64,000 bases of DNA from Ramazzottius varieornatus (taxonomy: Eukaryota; Animalia; Tardigrada), in contig BDGG01000008.1 of assembly GCA_001949185.1 (NCBI GenBank), positions 868,001-932,000 on the forward strand, written 5' to 3'. A model generated the notes under the pieces. The model was not told the origin of the DNA and did no database searches. It worked only from the letters and a program-made list of their open reading frames with translations. Position numbers and translations under genes: made by a program. Of this stretch, positions 12,713 through 24,966 are shown piece after piece. Within the stretch, counting starts at the first letter, position 1, and each line of letters opens with the position of its first letter.

Positions 12713-13292
12713 TCTTCTTATCCCAAGAGAATCGCTTCTTCTAAATGGCTCGTAGCATCGGTAAAGTCTGCCATCCGGTAGCGAATGGTGAACTGCAGAG
12801 GAGCGAGGGAGTAAAGGAGAAAAAATCCAAGAATGACGAATTCAGTCTTCTCAAAATGATGATCTAGATCGTACTGTACGATTAATGTTATCGTTGATTA
12901 ATTTTATTGTTTAAGTAAATTAAGTCTGAATTCTGGGTGGAAATGAAGTCGAATGATTGTCTGATTACGAGTTTTGTGTCTAAAGTACGTTACAGCTGTT
13001 GGGTTAGTGTCGTGTAGCTCTTGTCGCAAACTCGCAGAAGAAAATTGATTCCTTATGGTTTTCTCGTCCCGAGTCGAGTATTCCGCAATTTCGGACGAGT
13101 TTCGAATGTTGGATTTCCGTTTTCCTCGGAAAGTTCCACCGGAAGTTAAGGCAACATTGCCGTTTCAGTTCTACGTTCCGGACTTCTGTTGCTGTTTCTT
13201 TGTGTGGGTTTTGAGTGGCGTTTGAGTGAAGTTTATTGCTGAAGGTCGGGAGTCAGTCATCGGAGTTGCGCTCGGCTTATTGCTACCTAGCG

Positions 13293-15784
13293 ATGTTTTC
13301 TTCGGTGGGGACCCTTTCTCGCACTAACTGGGCTACTTCCCGTGCCGTTTCCTCGTTGGTAATCAGAATCTTCAGACATGGCAATCCGAACGTTCTTTCG
13401 GCGCTTACAAGAGCAGGTGAATTACGGGCGTGCGTAGGCAGCTTAACGCAACGGAGTAACTAAAGGGATCAGTCCTTCGTACCTGCGGAAGATATACTCC
13501 ATGAGTACTTTTGTCTCAGCTTATCCGAATGTTTCCGCGCTAGGTTCGACAGCTTCACGACGAAACGCGGCAGCTCGAGCTTCGAGCTACCAACGGGATG
13601 ATGATGACGATCAGCCGACCGGCAACGACTTTCCGCCTCAGCGTCCCCATCGCAAGAAACATGATCATCCCAATGGTTCAGTGTTCACTTCAACAGCGGT
13701 AGCAAACCAGATGGGTCAGGGCAGAACTGGCGCATCCTTCGACGGCCCTGGTGATTTCAGAGGAAGACAGTCCGATCGTCGATCCCGGCTTCATGAGGAC
13801 GAAGTCACTTCCGGTGAAGGAAACAGGCCGAAAGTTAGAACGGCAATAGAAGTAGTACGAGCTATTCGCCGTGAAAAAGATGACGGCGATTCGAAACCTC
13901 AACCCCAAGATGCGGAAGAAATTTTCGAACCACGGGAAGAGAACTTGAAAACAACAGCACAACCTGTGAGAACAAGGAAAAATGCAGAAGGACGACACGA
14001 CCTGGATTCAAAAGGTTTCAGGACATACTCCCATGTCGTACCGGACTGGAATAAGATGATAGCAGATGATGTGGTCAACATGCTGAAACGATCCATAATC
14101 TATAACGAACGTAAGTATCGATAGTTTTCTACCGAGATATCTGTATAAATCACATACAGAGTAGAGAATCACACTATGTTTTCTTTTCAGATGACATCGT
14201 TGCAATCAACAAGCCATACGGTCTTCCGGTGCATGGTGGTCCTTCTGTCCATCACCACGTGGCGAGGTACCTGCCTAAGCTGGCTGAAATTCTGGATCCG
14301 ACAAAGAAGCTGGAAACCCTGCATATGGTACACCGCATCGACAAGGAAACCACGGGAGTCTTGCTGTTAGCAAGGACGGCTGAAAGAGCTGCGCAGATTC
14401 ATGACTTGTTCCTGAAGAGGAACGTCCGGAAAATATACTGGGTTCTCACCAAAGGAGTTCCCGATCCCCTGAAAGGTGCGTAGCGATAGCGACCCGTCTG
14501 CTGTTTCACTGGTTGACTTTCTGTATGGATAAGCTTCTTCATTTCTAGGCATCATAAATATTCCCATCGGAGAATCGGACTTTTCTGGAACCCATCGGGT
14601 AAGGTTTTTCTTAGTGAAAATTCGTAAGGTTGCGTGCCAGAGCCCGTTACACTGACCCAACTGGCCTTTCAGAAAGTACTGCGACCAGGGCCTTCGCCGG
14701 TGACTTCTTTAGTGAGAAAAGGACGACGAACACGAGATGACGGTAGAGAGGCGATCACCAACTATACCGTGTTGGGAGCCACGAAGGAATGCGCTCTAGT
14801 GGAACTGAACACGGAAACAGGTGAGCTTCAGACTGTTAACTTGTTTCGGTTTCCGCCCTCTGTGGTGTTCTAACACGACGGATAGTTACTACGACTAGTT
14901 AGGCTAACGAAAGATTGGTTCATTGCAGGAGTCAAACATCAAGTGCGTGTCCACTTGGCCCACGGAATTAGTACGCCCGTACTTGGCGAGTAAGTTTTGC
15001 TCCATGTGAGCACGGTTCTGCGTTCTGAATCTTCGCATTGGGGATATACAGTACCAAAAAACTAACCGTCGATAATGGGCGTGACAATTAAACGGGAGCA
15101 TGATTATCCTGTGACCAATGACGGTTTTGACTCGCCGCATGCGCAAAGTTCATTGGCCATTTCCATCTGGCTCCTTCTAACACCCATTTTCGACGGTTAA
15201 TTTTTTGGTACACTGTAATTTTTATACTCCCCGTGTTTTTACTTCAGTCATAAATATTCCCACTTCACCAAACTTGCACCTCAGGTGAGAATGTCATTGG
15301 CTGTGTTGCTCGTTGGCCGTTCTTGTATCGTTTTGAAACGGCATTGTTTTTTACCTCACTGGATGAATGGGGATAACGGCTGTGCCTTCTTTAGAAACTT
15401 CCGCCCAGCTTCTTGAAGGCATTTGATATCAGACAGCAAAAGGTACAAGTTATAGACTCGGAAACTTATGGAGGTCGAAGTCAAATCTACATATGAATTC
15501 GAGCTTAACTGATCATTTTTTTATGGATGTCATTCTTCTTTAACCGGAAAATGGTTTTGAGTGTCCAAAAAAAGCATTGTGTAGCAGATAAACGATATAA
15601 ATTATAAGATGACTAATCGGGTGTCTTTATACAGGTTCGAACGATCCCGATGCATCTCCACGCAATGTCGGTGGTGTTACCAGAATTCATCGATGGACAA
15701 AATGTACACATTTCAGCTCCGCTGCCTGAATACTTCACTCAAAGCATGAAAAAACTACGCGTGCGTAAAAATAAATTCGAGTGA
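13293..15784 (+). CDS. RPUSD4: Mitochondrial RluA-family RNA pseudouridine synthase (RPUSD4-like); 5' start uncertain (13293 or 13501)
   Basis: IVAINKPYGLPVHGG, catalytic motif VHRIDKETTGVLLLA, TGVKHQVRVHLA, PVLGDHKYSHFTKLAPQKLP and MHLHA. Stop TGA at 15782-15784. Confidence 0.9.
15049..15215. mobile_element. Tc1/mariner-type MITE (167 bp) in an RPUSD4 intron
   Basis: Terminal inverted repeats of about 35 bp, CAGT(GT)ACCAAAAAA(C/T)TAACCGTCGA(T/A)AATGGG, flanked by TA on both sides. Confidence 0.8.
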
Positions 15785-15883
15785 TTTTGAAACTGAGAAA
15801 AAGAGTGATGGTGTCATTTTTGACGTACATAAAACTGGAAAATAAGCGATCTTAATGGTTGCATATAGCGACCCACTTCCTCT

Positions 15884-18800
15884 TCACGCAAAAAATCCCC
15901 ACAAAAAGATGCAGATGGCCTGTTGAGAATAAAGAACCTGATTATTCTTGCTTTCCTTATCAGAAATCTGGTATGATTAGAAAAGACAGGTCGAGGATAA
16001 ACTCACCAGAAGGGCCACCGCACTGATGTTTGAGCTCCACCTCATCTTAGGGCTCTCAACCAACGACAACATGTGACTTTCGGCGAACTCAATCTCAGCA
16101 GGGCTTAGCTGTATGTCACTGCGTTCCGCCATACAGCACATCTTTCGAAACGAACGAATGAGGAAAGGCTCATTCTCCAGTGCATCTGTTCAAAGTGTTC
16201 CGGTCAGGTGTTGTTAGTTTACAAATTTTTTTGAACTAAATGGGATGGCAGAAAACGAAACACACAACATCGTTCTCCCAATGGCGCATGCTCGCGGCCA
16301 CCCACAACGATTACGTGCGCCACTTGAGATACAATCTTGGACTTTCCGTCTGCCGGCCTTGCAAATGTCGTGAAAGTCTCTTACTTTCTTGCGCTACCAT
16401 CTCTAATCCAGATCTACTGGACGATGCCGAGTAGTTGCGTTGCTTTGTGATATTCCGCAGAGCATACGTCAAACGATAGAGCTGAAAGGAAGACGGAAGT
16501 AAACTTTGAGCGGAGAATAGTGAGCGTTCAGTGTTCAGCGGAGAAAAGTGGGCGTACTCACCCGCTGCTGTGGGATCTCTTCGGACAAGAAGCTCACAAC
16601 CATGGTAATGATTACACACAAGATGAAAAGGATGAGTCCGAAGTGTAGATAATGAACGTGTTTGATGATTGCAGGACGGTCATCTGAGAGGGAGCCACAG
16701 GGCGGAGAAGGATACACAAAAAAGTCCATCGCGAACCTGAGTACACCGATCACGAGGCCGATCAGCAGACTCCAAAAAGCCCCCTGTAATTACCAGATAT
16801 TCTCATCAGCGCCTACTATGTGTATTGTTGTTGTTTTACATGAAACTGAAACCTTTTCGTTGGCACGGTGGGTGAGAATGCCCAGGAAGTAAACACATGC
16901 CACCGGAGGAGCCAGATAGCTCGTGACAGCTTGGATGTACACCATCAGCTGAGAGCCTTTGGATACCCGAATCAATGGCACCTGAAAGCGAGCATCAAGG
17001 AGGTCATTATTACGTCGACTACTATCTCAGTTTCTAAACTTCCTGTTTTACCCATAGTAGGGAGATGATGATCATTGCGCATGTGAAGATCCTGAAAGTT
17101 GACAACAGGATCAGGTGGAAGGCACGCCCCTGATGAACCTGCTGGGAGACTAGCACTCACCGCCCAACAATGACCAGTTCCGTTTCCGTTGCAGCTGGAC
17201 GAAAGGAGTTCTTCCACAAGTCGATGGTAAAAATTGTGGAGCTGCGAATATAGAAATCGAAGCGTACTTCCTGGTTATTTGTTGATTATTCTCTCACACA
17301 CACCTCGAATTGAAGATGGAAGTCAGCGATGACATCAAAGCGGCAAGCATCACCGCCAGCAGAAGCCCGCGCAGTCCTGCAAAACACAGACTGTTAACAC
17401 ACCACTTCGATTACGAACTCGGTGCATCCGAGTTTGACTTACCGGCCGGAAGTAATTCTATCACAATCTATAGAGAAGAAAGTCGTCAAATCATTGGGAT
17501 TATGTTCTGTTTCTCATCGTAGAGAACCTTCGGATAAGCAATGTTCGTGCATCCTTCCCGCGACCCACAGACTTTCTCGCAGATTTCCGGTACCACGCAT
17601 GCGACATCGTCCGGAAACAGTACTCGAGCTGCCATGCCAGGCAAAACCTACAAGCACCGAATTTTAGCCAACCCTGGTCGGCCCTTAAGTGTGACTATAT
17701 AATGTGCTGTCCTATGTGCAGCATCCGGTTTGTGGAGTGGAAGGTTTACCATAAGGAACATCGGTAACAGTTTCAGGTAGCCGGCTACTACACAGGATGC
17801 TTTTGCATGGGCGTAGTTTTTGCTGGCCAGCACACGCTGTACAATCACTTGGTCAGCGCACCAGTACCTGCCGAAAACACAATGTGTTTGGCCGGGTCAG
17901 GTCGCACAGAAGACATCCTTACCACATCGAGGAAACCGAAAGTCCGAAGATGACACCAGGCCATGGAAGCTACGCAAAACCAACTCAGTATTATGTACGT
18001 CAAAGTTTACCATGCGAGAGCACGCAGTTATGTCATGTCATGTCATATGAGTCTTTGCGGTACGTACTTCCGGATCGTCAGCGCTTCTCAGGAGATGCAG
18101 GAAGTCCTTCGGTACTTCCGCGCATGATGACGTGTTTTCCCACCTTTCTTTAGGTCGAACTTGGGGAAACCGTTCCATCAGGCTGTGGTATCCGTCCACC
18201 TTGATCATGGCGACCACCAACAACGTCAGCGAGCCAGCCAGCATGATGACGCACTGGACGAAGTCGGTCCAAATAACAGCATTCAAACCGCCTAACCACA
18301 TTTCCCGTAATTTAAGGGTGAGATTAGCTTCAGATTTTATCAGAGCGGGAGAAACATTCTTACCCGAGACTGTGAAAATAGCCGAAATTATCAACAGGAT
18401 GACTACACTGACGTACAGGTCCCAACGTAGGGTCTGCTCGATGAAGATTGCCCCAGCATAAATATCCGCCTGAATTCGAAATTTACCGAAGGACACTGTA
18501 TCGAATACTGAAATGTGGAAGAATCCGTTTTTTGTGTGATGGACTTACCGATATTTTGGTAGTGACGTACAGCAAGATTGTTAGGACCGAAAGATAGACT
18601 CGTATTCTTTGCCCGCCATATCTTTTCTGTAGATACTCAGGCATCGTGTAAACCTGCAAACAGAACCCGGTATGCGGAATCGACATTTCCACGTGAACCA
18701 TAATGGAGGGCGTACCCCACAAGCCATATAAACCGGGACGAAGACCCATCCCAGAAGCAGTATTATGAAGACGGACTAGAAGAACCAACAGTCAATAGAA

Positions 18801-19661
18801 AGAACTATTGGTACGGTGTTCACTATCTTTTTTTATGGTACTCGTACGGTAGTTGCGAACATACCCCAAGTTCGGTCGCCGCTATCGCAATGCCGGTACT
18901 GGCTCCGGATCCAGCTGAAAATTCATGCCGGTTTAAAAATTGGGTAGCTGACACATATGCAGTGATGATATGCTGCTTCTTCTATTGTCTTACTCTTACA
19001 GTATGGCAGACTCAATTTTCGGTGATTTACATGTGTACGGTTTGTAACATATGCTTACTGACCTAGACCGACAAAGTGGCCCGAGCCAATGTTTGACGCA
19101 AACAGGGACGCTCCAACCTGCGCACCAGAAAATGGAATAATTAACCAAGCACCGATGAATGCAAACGGCACACCCATCTGTCTGCTTCTCGTTAAATTTC
19201 TTCGCGTTTGCAATAAAGCTGTTGGTTTAGCCATCCACACAGGCGTGGAAATGTTTCTTTAATGGCTCAAGTGAGAAGCACAGGGCGCTTACCAAAACAA
19301 AATTAATACTGCGACCAGCCAGGAAATAGCTGGAAATCGATCCATTACGCGCTGTTTCACGCGAAGCCTGTGGAGCAAAGACAATTTCATGGCTTCATAT
19401 AATTATGGTAGCTGCCGCAATGTGATATCTGCCATATTTCAGAAAACTGGAACCAACGGTATTTACTCAGAAAATCACCCATTTTTTAGGCATTGCCTAA
19501 CGATATGCTCGCTGGATAGCGGGTACTCAAAAACTTACCCATATACCGACGGCGAGAACAAGAACAAAGTATCCGGTGATAACGACCACATCTGCCCAGT
19601 GGAGTAAAGAGCCGCTTCTGTCATGTACATCCGGTACGCTTGGTATTTCAGGGTTCGCCAT
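15884..19661 (-). CDS. SLC5 sodium/glucose (or myo-inositol) cotransporter, many exons
   Basis: [103 protein letters not shown], and C-terminal IFLWGFFA. Confidence 0.95.
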
Positions 19662-20614
19662 TGTGAGACCGACCCGGGAACGCGCTGACACAGTTTAGTG
19701 GTTCCAGTATCCAAGCTGAAGGTTAATGTTGCAAAAAGTACTTTCAGGATGACTCATAAATTTGCGAAATTTTCGGAGTTTGATGGACGAGTGATCTTCT
19801 TTCAGATGAATATGGACGGAATACGGCGCAGGCTGGAGTCATGGATCAAAGGGACTATGCTAGTCTAAAGGTTCGACAAGGTTCGTGCGTCTTGCTCGAA
19901 AAAGAAAGTTGGGACTTGGATAAACAATAGCCAGATTGCAAAGACAACGGAGGGATTTAGGCAGACTATCCCGCAGGCGGCTACAAAATCAGCAGCTTAT
20001 TCTTGGGAGCGCTCGCGCGCTCCTTCTTGCCGTACAAGTACCACGTAAACTGTGATCAGCACTTTGCAATGTTCCTACAACGACGTCGAAGGATCGCATC
20101 TTAAGAATCCTTATATTAAGAAGTACTTGTTGAAACTGGAGGGTTCGGTGTCAAGTTAAAACACTAGTAACTCGCTACTAATAAGTTACTAACTTGAAAC
20201 AGCGATCCCTGTTTTCCAATCCAGTGAGCGCTCCTTCCGAATTTGATGGCTCTTCAAGGTACTGGGAACAGTAATCCTGTACAGCATACTTTCCCATTTC
20301 AGCTCTCTTCCTACACAGTGAGAAGAAAGGGTTTCTGAATGTCAAGTTAAGACGTGCTGTAACTGGATCTTAGAACAAACACGTTGTGGGTGAAACAGGA
20401 AATTAGAATTCCCACGTCCCTGCGTGGGATCGTACCTCGTTGGCTGTTGCGAAATCCAGTAGAATAACAGGGATGAGAGATGGTGAAACAACGGCAATCC
20501 GCCCAACGGCCACCATACCTTTTCACCGGCCAGTACAGTACTTCCGGGTCGCGAAGCGAAAGAAATGCTAGTGGTCAAGTCATCATGCTGATGATCAAAC
20601 ATCAGAGATGTTCT

Positions 20615-20851
20615 NNNNNNNNNNNNNNNNNNNNNNNNNNNNNNNNNNNNNNNNNNNNNNNNNNNNNNNNNNNNNNNNNNNNNNNNNNNNNNNNNNNNNN
20701 NNNNNNNNNNNNNNNNNNNNNNNNNNNNNNNNNNNNNNNNNNNNNNNNNNNNNNNNNNNNNNNNNNNNNNNNNNNNNNNNNNNNNNNNNNNNNNNNNNNN
20801 NNNNNNNNNNNNNNNNNNNNNNNNNNNNNNNNNNNNNNNNNNNNNNNNNNN
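20615..20851. other. Assembly gap (N run)
   Basis: Run of 237 N characters. Confidence 1.
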
Positions 20852-20858
20852 CAAAAAT

Positions 20859-20929
20859 TGCGACACCCGGGAGTCGAACCCGGATCACCTGCTTGGAAGG
20901 CAGGCATACTACCGCTGTACTAGCGTCGC
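20859..20929 (-). tRNA. tRNA-Gly (anticodon TCC)
   Basis: GCGACGC/GTGTCGC-A acceptor stem, anticodon arm CCTGC-CTTCCAA-GCAGG, T-loop GGTTCGACTCC, followed by a T-run Pol III terminator. Confidence 0.95.
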
Positions 20930-21414
20930 TGTCGAGGAATCTTGTCCCTGTGTACGCTGCTATGTGTCGTGGTTTACCGTGCTGCAGATGTCGCCACCCA
21001 TCGTTCCTACACAAGGACGTATTGACCATTGATGTCCCTAAATTGTACGCAATTTGGCCCTCTTCCTACGAAGTTTTTGTGGAATGTCAGTCCGGGTTGT
21101 GCCGGGCACGGTCTTGACAGCAACATCGTAGGAAAAGGGCCAAATTGCGGACCTTTTAGGGACCTCAGTACGTCCTTGTTCCTACACCGTCGAAAAGAAT
21201 GCAGTCGCTCTTTAACTTCCAATTGTTGATTGTTATTTTGCAACACATATTTTACAACACTCTGGCAAACAGCATGTATCAACATCTAAATGAAACGCGA
21301 AAGAATAAACGGAGTCTCTATCAAAAACTCTATTGTAAAAAACTAAAACTCGGAAGGAATACGTAAATCTTATCGGGGAGCGACTGCAAGCACCTCAAGG
21401 AACTCTTCGATCAG

Positions 21415-24400
21415 CTATGCAGAACATATAACGGGCAAAGTATTAAAAGCCCCGTAACTTCCGTCAACGACGCAAGCTATCCACAACTGAGCTTCTTTGT
21501 CTGAACCAGGAAGTGGTACTTCCATCTCCGTGCCGTTTGAAAAGTACCTCTGCATAACGCCACCACTACCCTGAACTCTCAACTCGTAGTAAACAGTGTT
21601 AGCATTAATATACTGCAAGTTCCACGGAGCTTCCCAGTCAATATGAAGGACCTTCCTGGACGGCACCACGGCGCACTGGACGTTCCTGACGGTAGATGTC
21701 GACATGGGTTCGTCCTGGATCACGGCCCCGTGTGTTTGGTGACTGAACTTACTGGCGATGTCAGTCTTGCTGGTTGTGGGGGAATCTGTTGTGTTGACGG
21801 CTTTCTTCTTGGTAATGGGTGCGGATTCCAGCTGAGCTGCCCTCTGGGCCATTGCGTCCTTCGCGACCTCCATAAACTTCTTTAGATCCACTTCAGTGTC
21901 CTGGTACATCCGGTGCAGGAACGCCGGATTATCACAGCAGAAATGCTGCTCAACTGGCAAGGTCTTGTTGATGACGTCCTGTTGCTCGCGTGGTAGATGA
22001 GCGATACCACCTACAAAAACCAAACTATTCTTCGTAATCCCATACGCATATTTCCTACTTAGATTTTCACTACTGAAGTTTCGCAAAACTGCAGTTATAG
22101 GATTAGAAATTAAATTTGACATCCCTGTTAATTTTGCTCTTTTTTATCCAGTGCTAAGTACCGTAATTATCTGATCCCCAGAAAAAACTTCGTCTGGTCT
22201 CTGAAGTTAGATCGAGACTTATCATAGAGACATAATTAATTCCATTCAATTGTGGGGCAAAATTTTGGGAGAAGTGGACAATTTAAAATTTCTTGAAACG
22301 ATGAATCATCTGACACCCCATCCCGATATCTGCTTGTCTACTTCTCTACTTCTCCAGCTCGGACTCGGAGGCTGAAAAAGTAGATAATTTTGAGTTTTAT
22401 CTTCATCGACCGGCCCGTCGATTTCGGTTGCACGTTCCTAAATTCGCGTTTCTCTCCTTCTTTCCACCTTCAATCAGGTCTGTGCTGGGAGCAGCAAAAA
22501 ACACTTTGTGACGGCTGATCAGCCGCAAAAGCGTGTCGGAAGCATCTCTTGACCTCCGTACTCCTAGCCGCCATCTGTCTTCATCCAGCCTTGGTAGAAT
22601 ATTAAAGAGGAAGTCCCTACTTTTCGGAACTTCCGTCCGAGGCTGTAGATACCGCATGGACGACAGTGAATTGAGTGGATTGCGAGGCGACGTAAGATCC
22701 AGCACATCCTACGCATTCGCTAATTCTTCGTAGCTATCGTATAAGAAAGACTTGGTCTCGTCAGCTACGATCAGGGTTTCCCAGTCCTTCATAACACGTT
22801 GTTTCTCTTTTGAAAAAGACATGATCTCACTTGCGAGGAATAATAAGAGCGGAAACAACTGAGACGAGCGATCGCTCGAAAACAAATACTGATGGCTATG
22901 GATTAAGTCATTCAGAAATATCTCCTGCATTCAATTATCAGAGAAGAGAAGTGATTGATTAGTCGATCGCATATAAGGGAGGTGCAATCAACTTTTCAAC
23001 TTCTCTTCTTCTCCCAAAATTTTGCCCCATATTTGAATGGAATTAATATAGATAATGAGATTTACCCAAGAGAGGATCGCGGTCCGGGAAAGCAACAGAC
23101 TTTGCCGGGTCCCTGTTTTCCCAAGCTCTGTATATCAGGTCCATCCCGTCGATACTGGCAAGCGTCTTATAGGGCGTGTAGTCATGGGAAGGGATGCCGA
23201 GGGGGAACAGTTCGATAACTACAGCATTGACCGGCAAGAACATGCTGAGGACTAATTGCGCTCCATGCATGGCTATCAACATGGTGGCATTCTGTAACAC
23301 ATGGACGATCTCGCCCATGGAATGCGTCTCCAGATTGACAGTCACCGTCCGTAAATCAAATTCACGAGCCACAGCTAACGACAAGTCAATCTCGTTTAGT
23401 ATCCGTCGAGTCAACTTGCGATTGATGATGACGGCGTATGGGTACTTCTGTCGGGTTCGTGCCGAGTAATGCGGCTTGTCAATGTCGTAGCGGGGAACCT
23501 CCAGGCCGTGGCGCACGAAGCTGGCAAACGAGCGAATCTCATGTCCTGTTATTTGAAGCTTTTCCACGGGACCCTGCGATAACCATACCAAAGAACGATT
23601 AACTTCCGCCATGATAGACTGTCAGGCTAAAAGAGTCCCGTACAACACCGTTCTATCATCTTTTCAAGCTTAAAAAGCTTTAGTACTGTTTTACGTTTGA
23701 TTTTTATTTTCTTATTTTCCACTTTGAATTTCTTTCCGATTTTCGGCTTTTCTGTCAGCAGTATTGGTATTTCTTGAAATTAGTTTTTCGCCAAATGTTT
23801 TATTGCGCTTAGTTTCTATATCGGCATTGCGCCCGTCCTTTCGAGTTTCGACCATTCTTCTGTTGGCTAACTGACTTTAATTTTGCGTTCGTCGTGTTCT
23901 CATTTTTTTTCCATTAGCCTGCTTGTTTAGTAATATTGATTTTCCCATTCGGAAAGATTCGTTCGCTCCCTAGTGCGTCGAAAAAAGATCGACAACGGCT
24001 TTACGCACGTCCAGCTGACATCTCGATACATTCATTTAGTCACACTTGCTTTCCTTACGCATTTGTCCTTCATCTTACCTGAAATCGATTGAAGCCATAT
24101 TGATACCAACGAGTGCTGGGCATGCCACCCACCACAGCTGTAGAAAAGCACACAAGATCCGTGTCGACTTCCGCCCGCAACGTCTGCTTCGTCCACGGAT
24201 GGTTCGCGTTGAGAAAGATCTTTGACTTGAACAGCCGATACAAATTCCAGAAATCCCCCTTCTCGTAATCATCCACCAGAAAGACTCGATACTCTTTGGC
24301 ACCCGTGAATTCTAGCTCTAACAAGGCGTAATACAAGGGCAAGAGATCGTCATGAATCACATGCATTAAATTATCAGGCTTGAAACGTTTCAAGATCAAC

Positions 24401-24966
24401 ACTTTGTCCGGCAGGATACTGGCAGTGAGCTTCTTGCTGCGTATGGCACTATCAAGGACTTCCACGTAGGAAAATTGATAGTCACGATTATTCAAATTTT
24501 CCACTCCACCGGAAAGATCGGTCAATGGGCCGCCCATGACCGATCGCAGTCGATAGGACGTATGGGCGGTATGGTCAACTGGCCGCGATGACGTCATGGG
24601 CGATGTCCAGTTAATGGACGCAACAGGCTGTTCCACCGTTGGCAAGCCGTGCTGTGCTGACGTCGCTCCACGCACGAAAACAAAATCGTCGTTTTCAAAC
24701 GAGTAACACAAATTGTTGATGAAGCATCTGCGATTCTGGATGGAATCTCCTGTGCACCATATGGAAGATTGCGGGATGATGACGGTGTTGGCCACTTCAT
24801 GATCGGCGCTGAAAGTGAGGATGAGGGTGATTACCGCCAATAAATGGACCTACAAGAAATATTCCGGTGAGAACACAATATTATTTTCAAATATTCTTCT
24901 TACCGTCAAGAATCCGATCAGCAATTTGCCAAGCATGGTGTAGGAGTACTCTTCTTGCTTAGACAT
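21415..24966 (-). CDS. POMGNT2: Protein O-mannose beta-1,4-GlcNAc transferase 2 (POMGNT2/GTDC2, GT61), about 645 aa; exons 24904-24966, 24079-24849, 23066-23573, 21415-22010
   Basis: N-terminal TM; RFKPDNLMHVIHDDLLPLY, WYQYGF..QGP, MHGAQLV, ELFPLGI...YTPYKTLA, GGIAHL...CCDNPAFLHRMYQDT, and an FN3-like C-terminus WEAPWNLQY. Confidence 0.92.
22235..23047 (-). mobile_element. Internally deleted DNA transposon (PIF/Harbinger-like) in a POMGNT2 intron, with TIRs of about 40 bp and a broken transposase N-terminus
   Basis: Inverted repeats ATTAATTCCATTCAAWTRTGGGGCAAAATTTTGGGAGAAG at 22235-22274 and 23008-23047. The internal frame RYLQPRTEVPKSRDFL...DEDRWRLGVRRSRDASDTLLRLISRHKVF is preceded by an in-frame TAG. 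Confidence 0.75.

Noticed and set aside
20342-21117. ORFs spanning the N run
   Set aside because: Artefacts of translating Ns; they overlap the tRNA.
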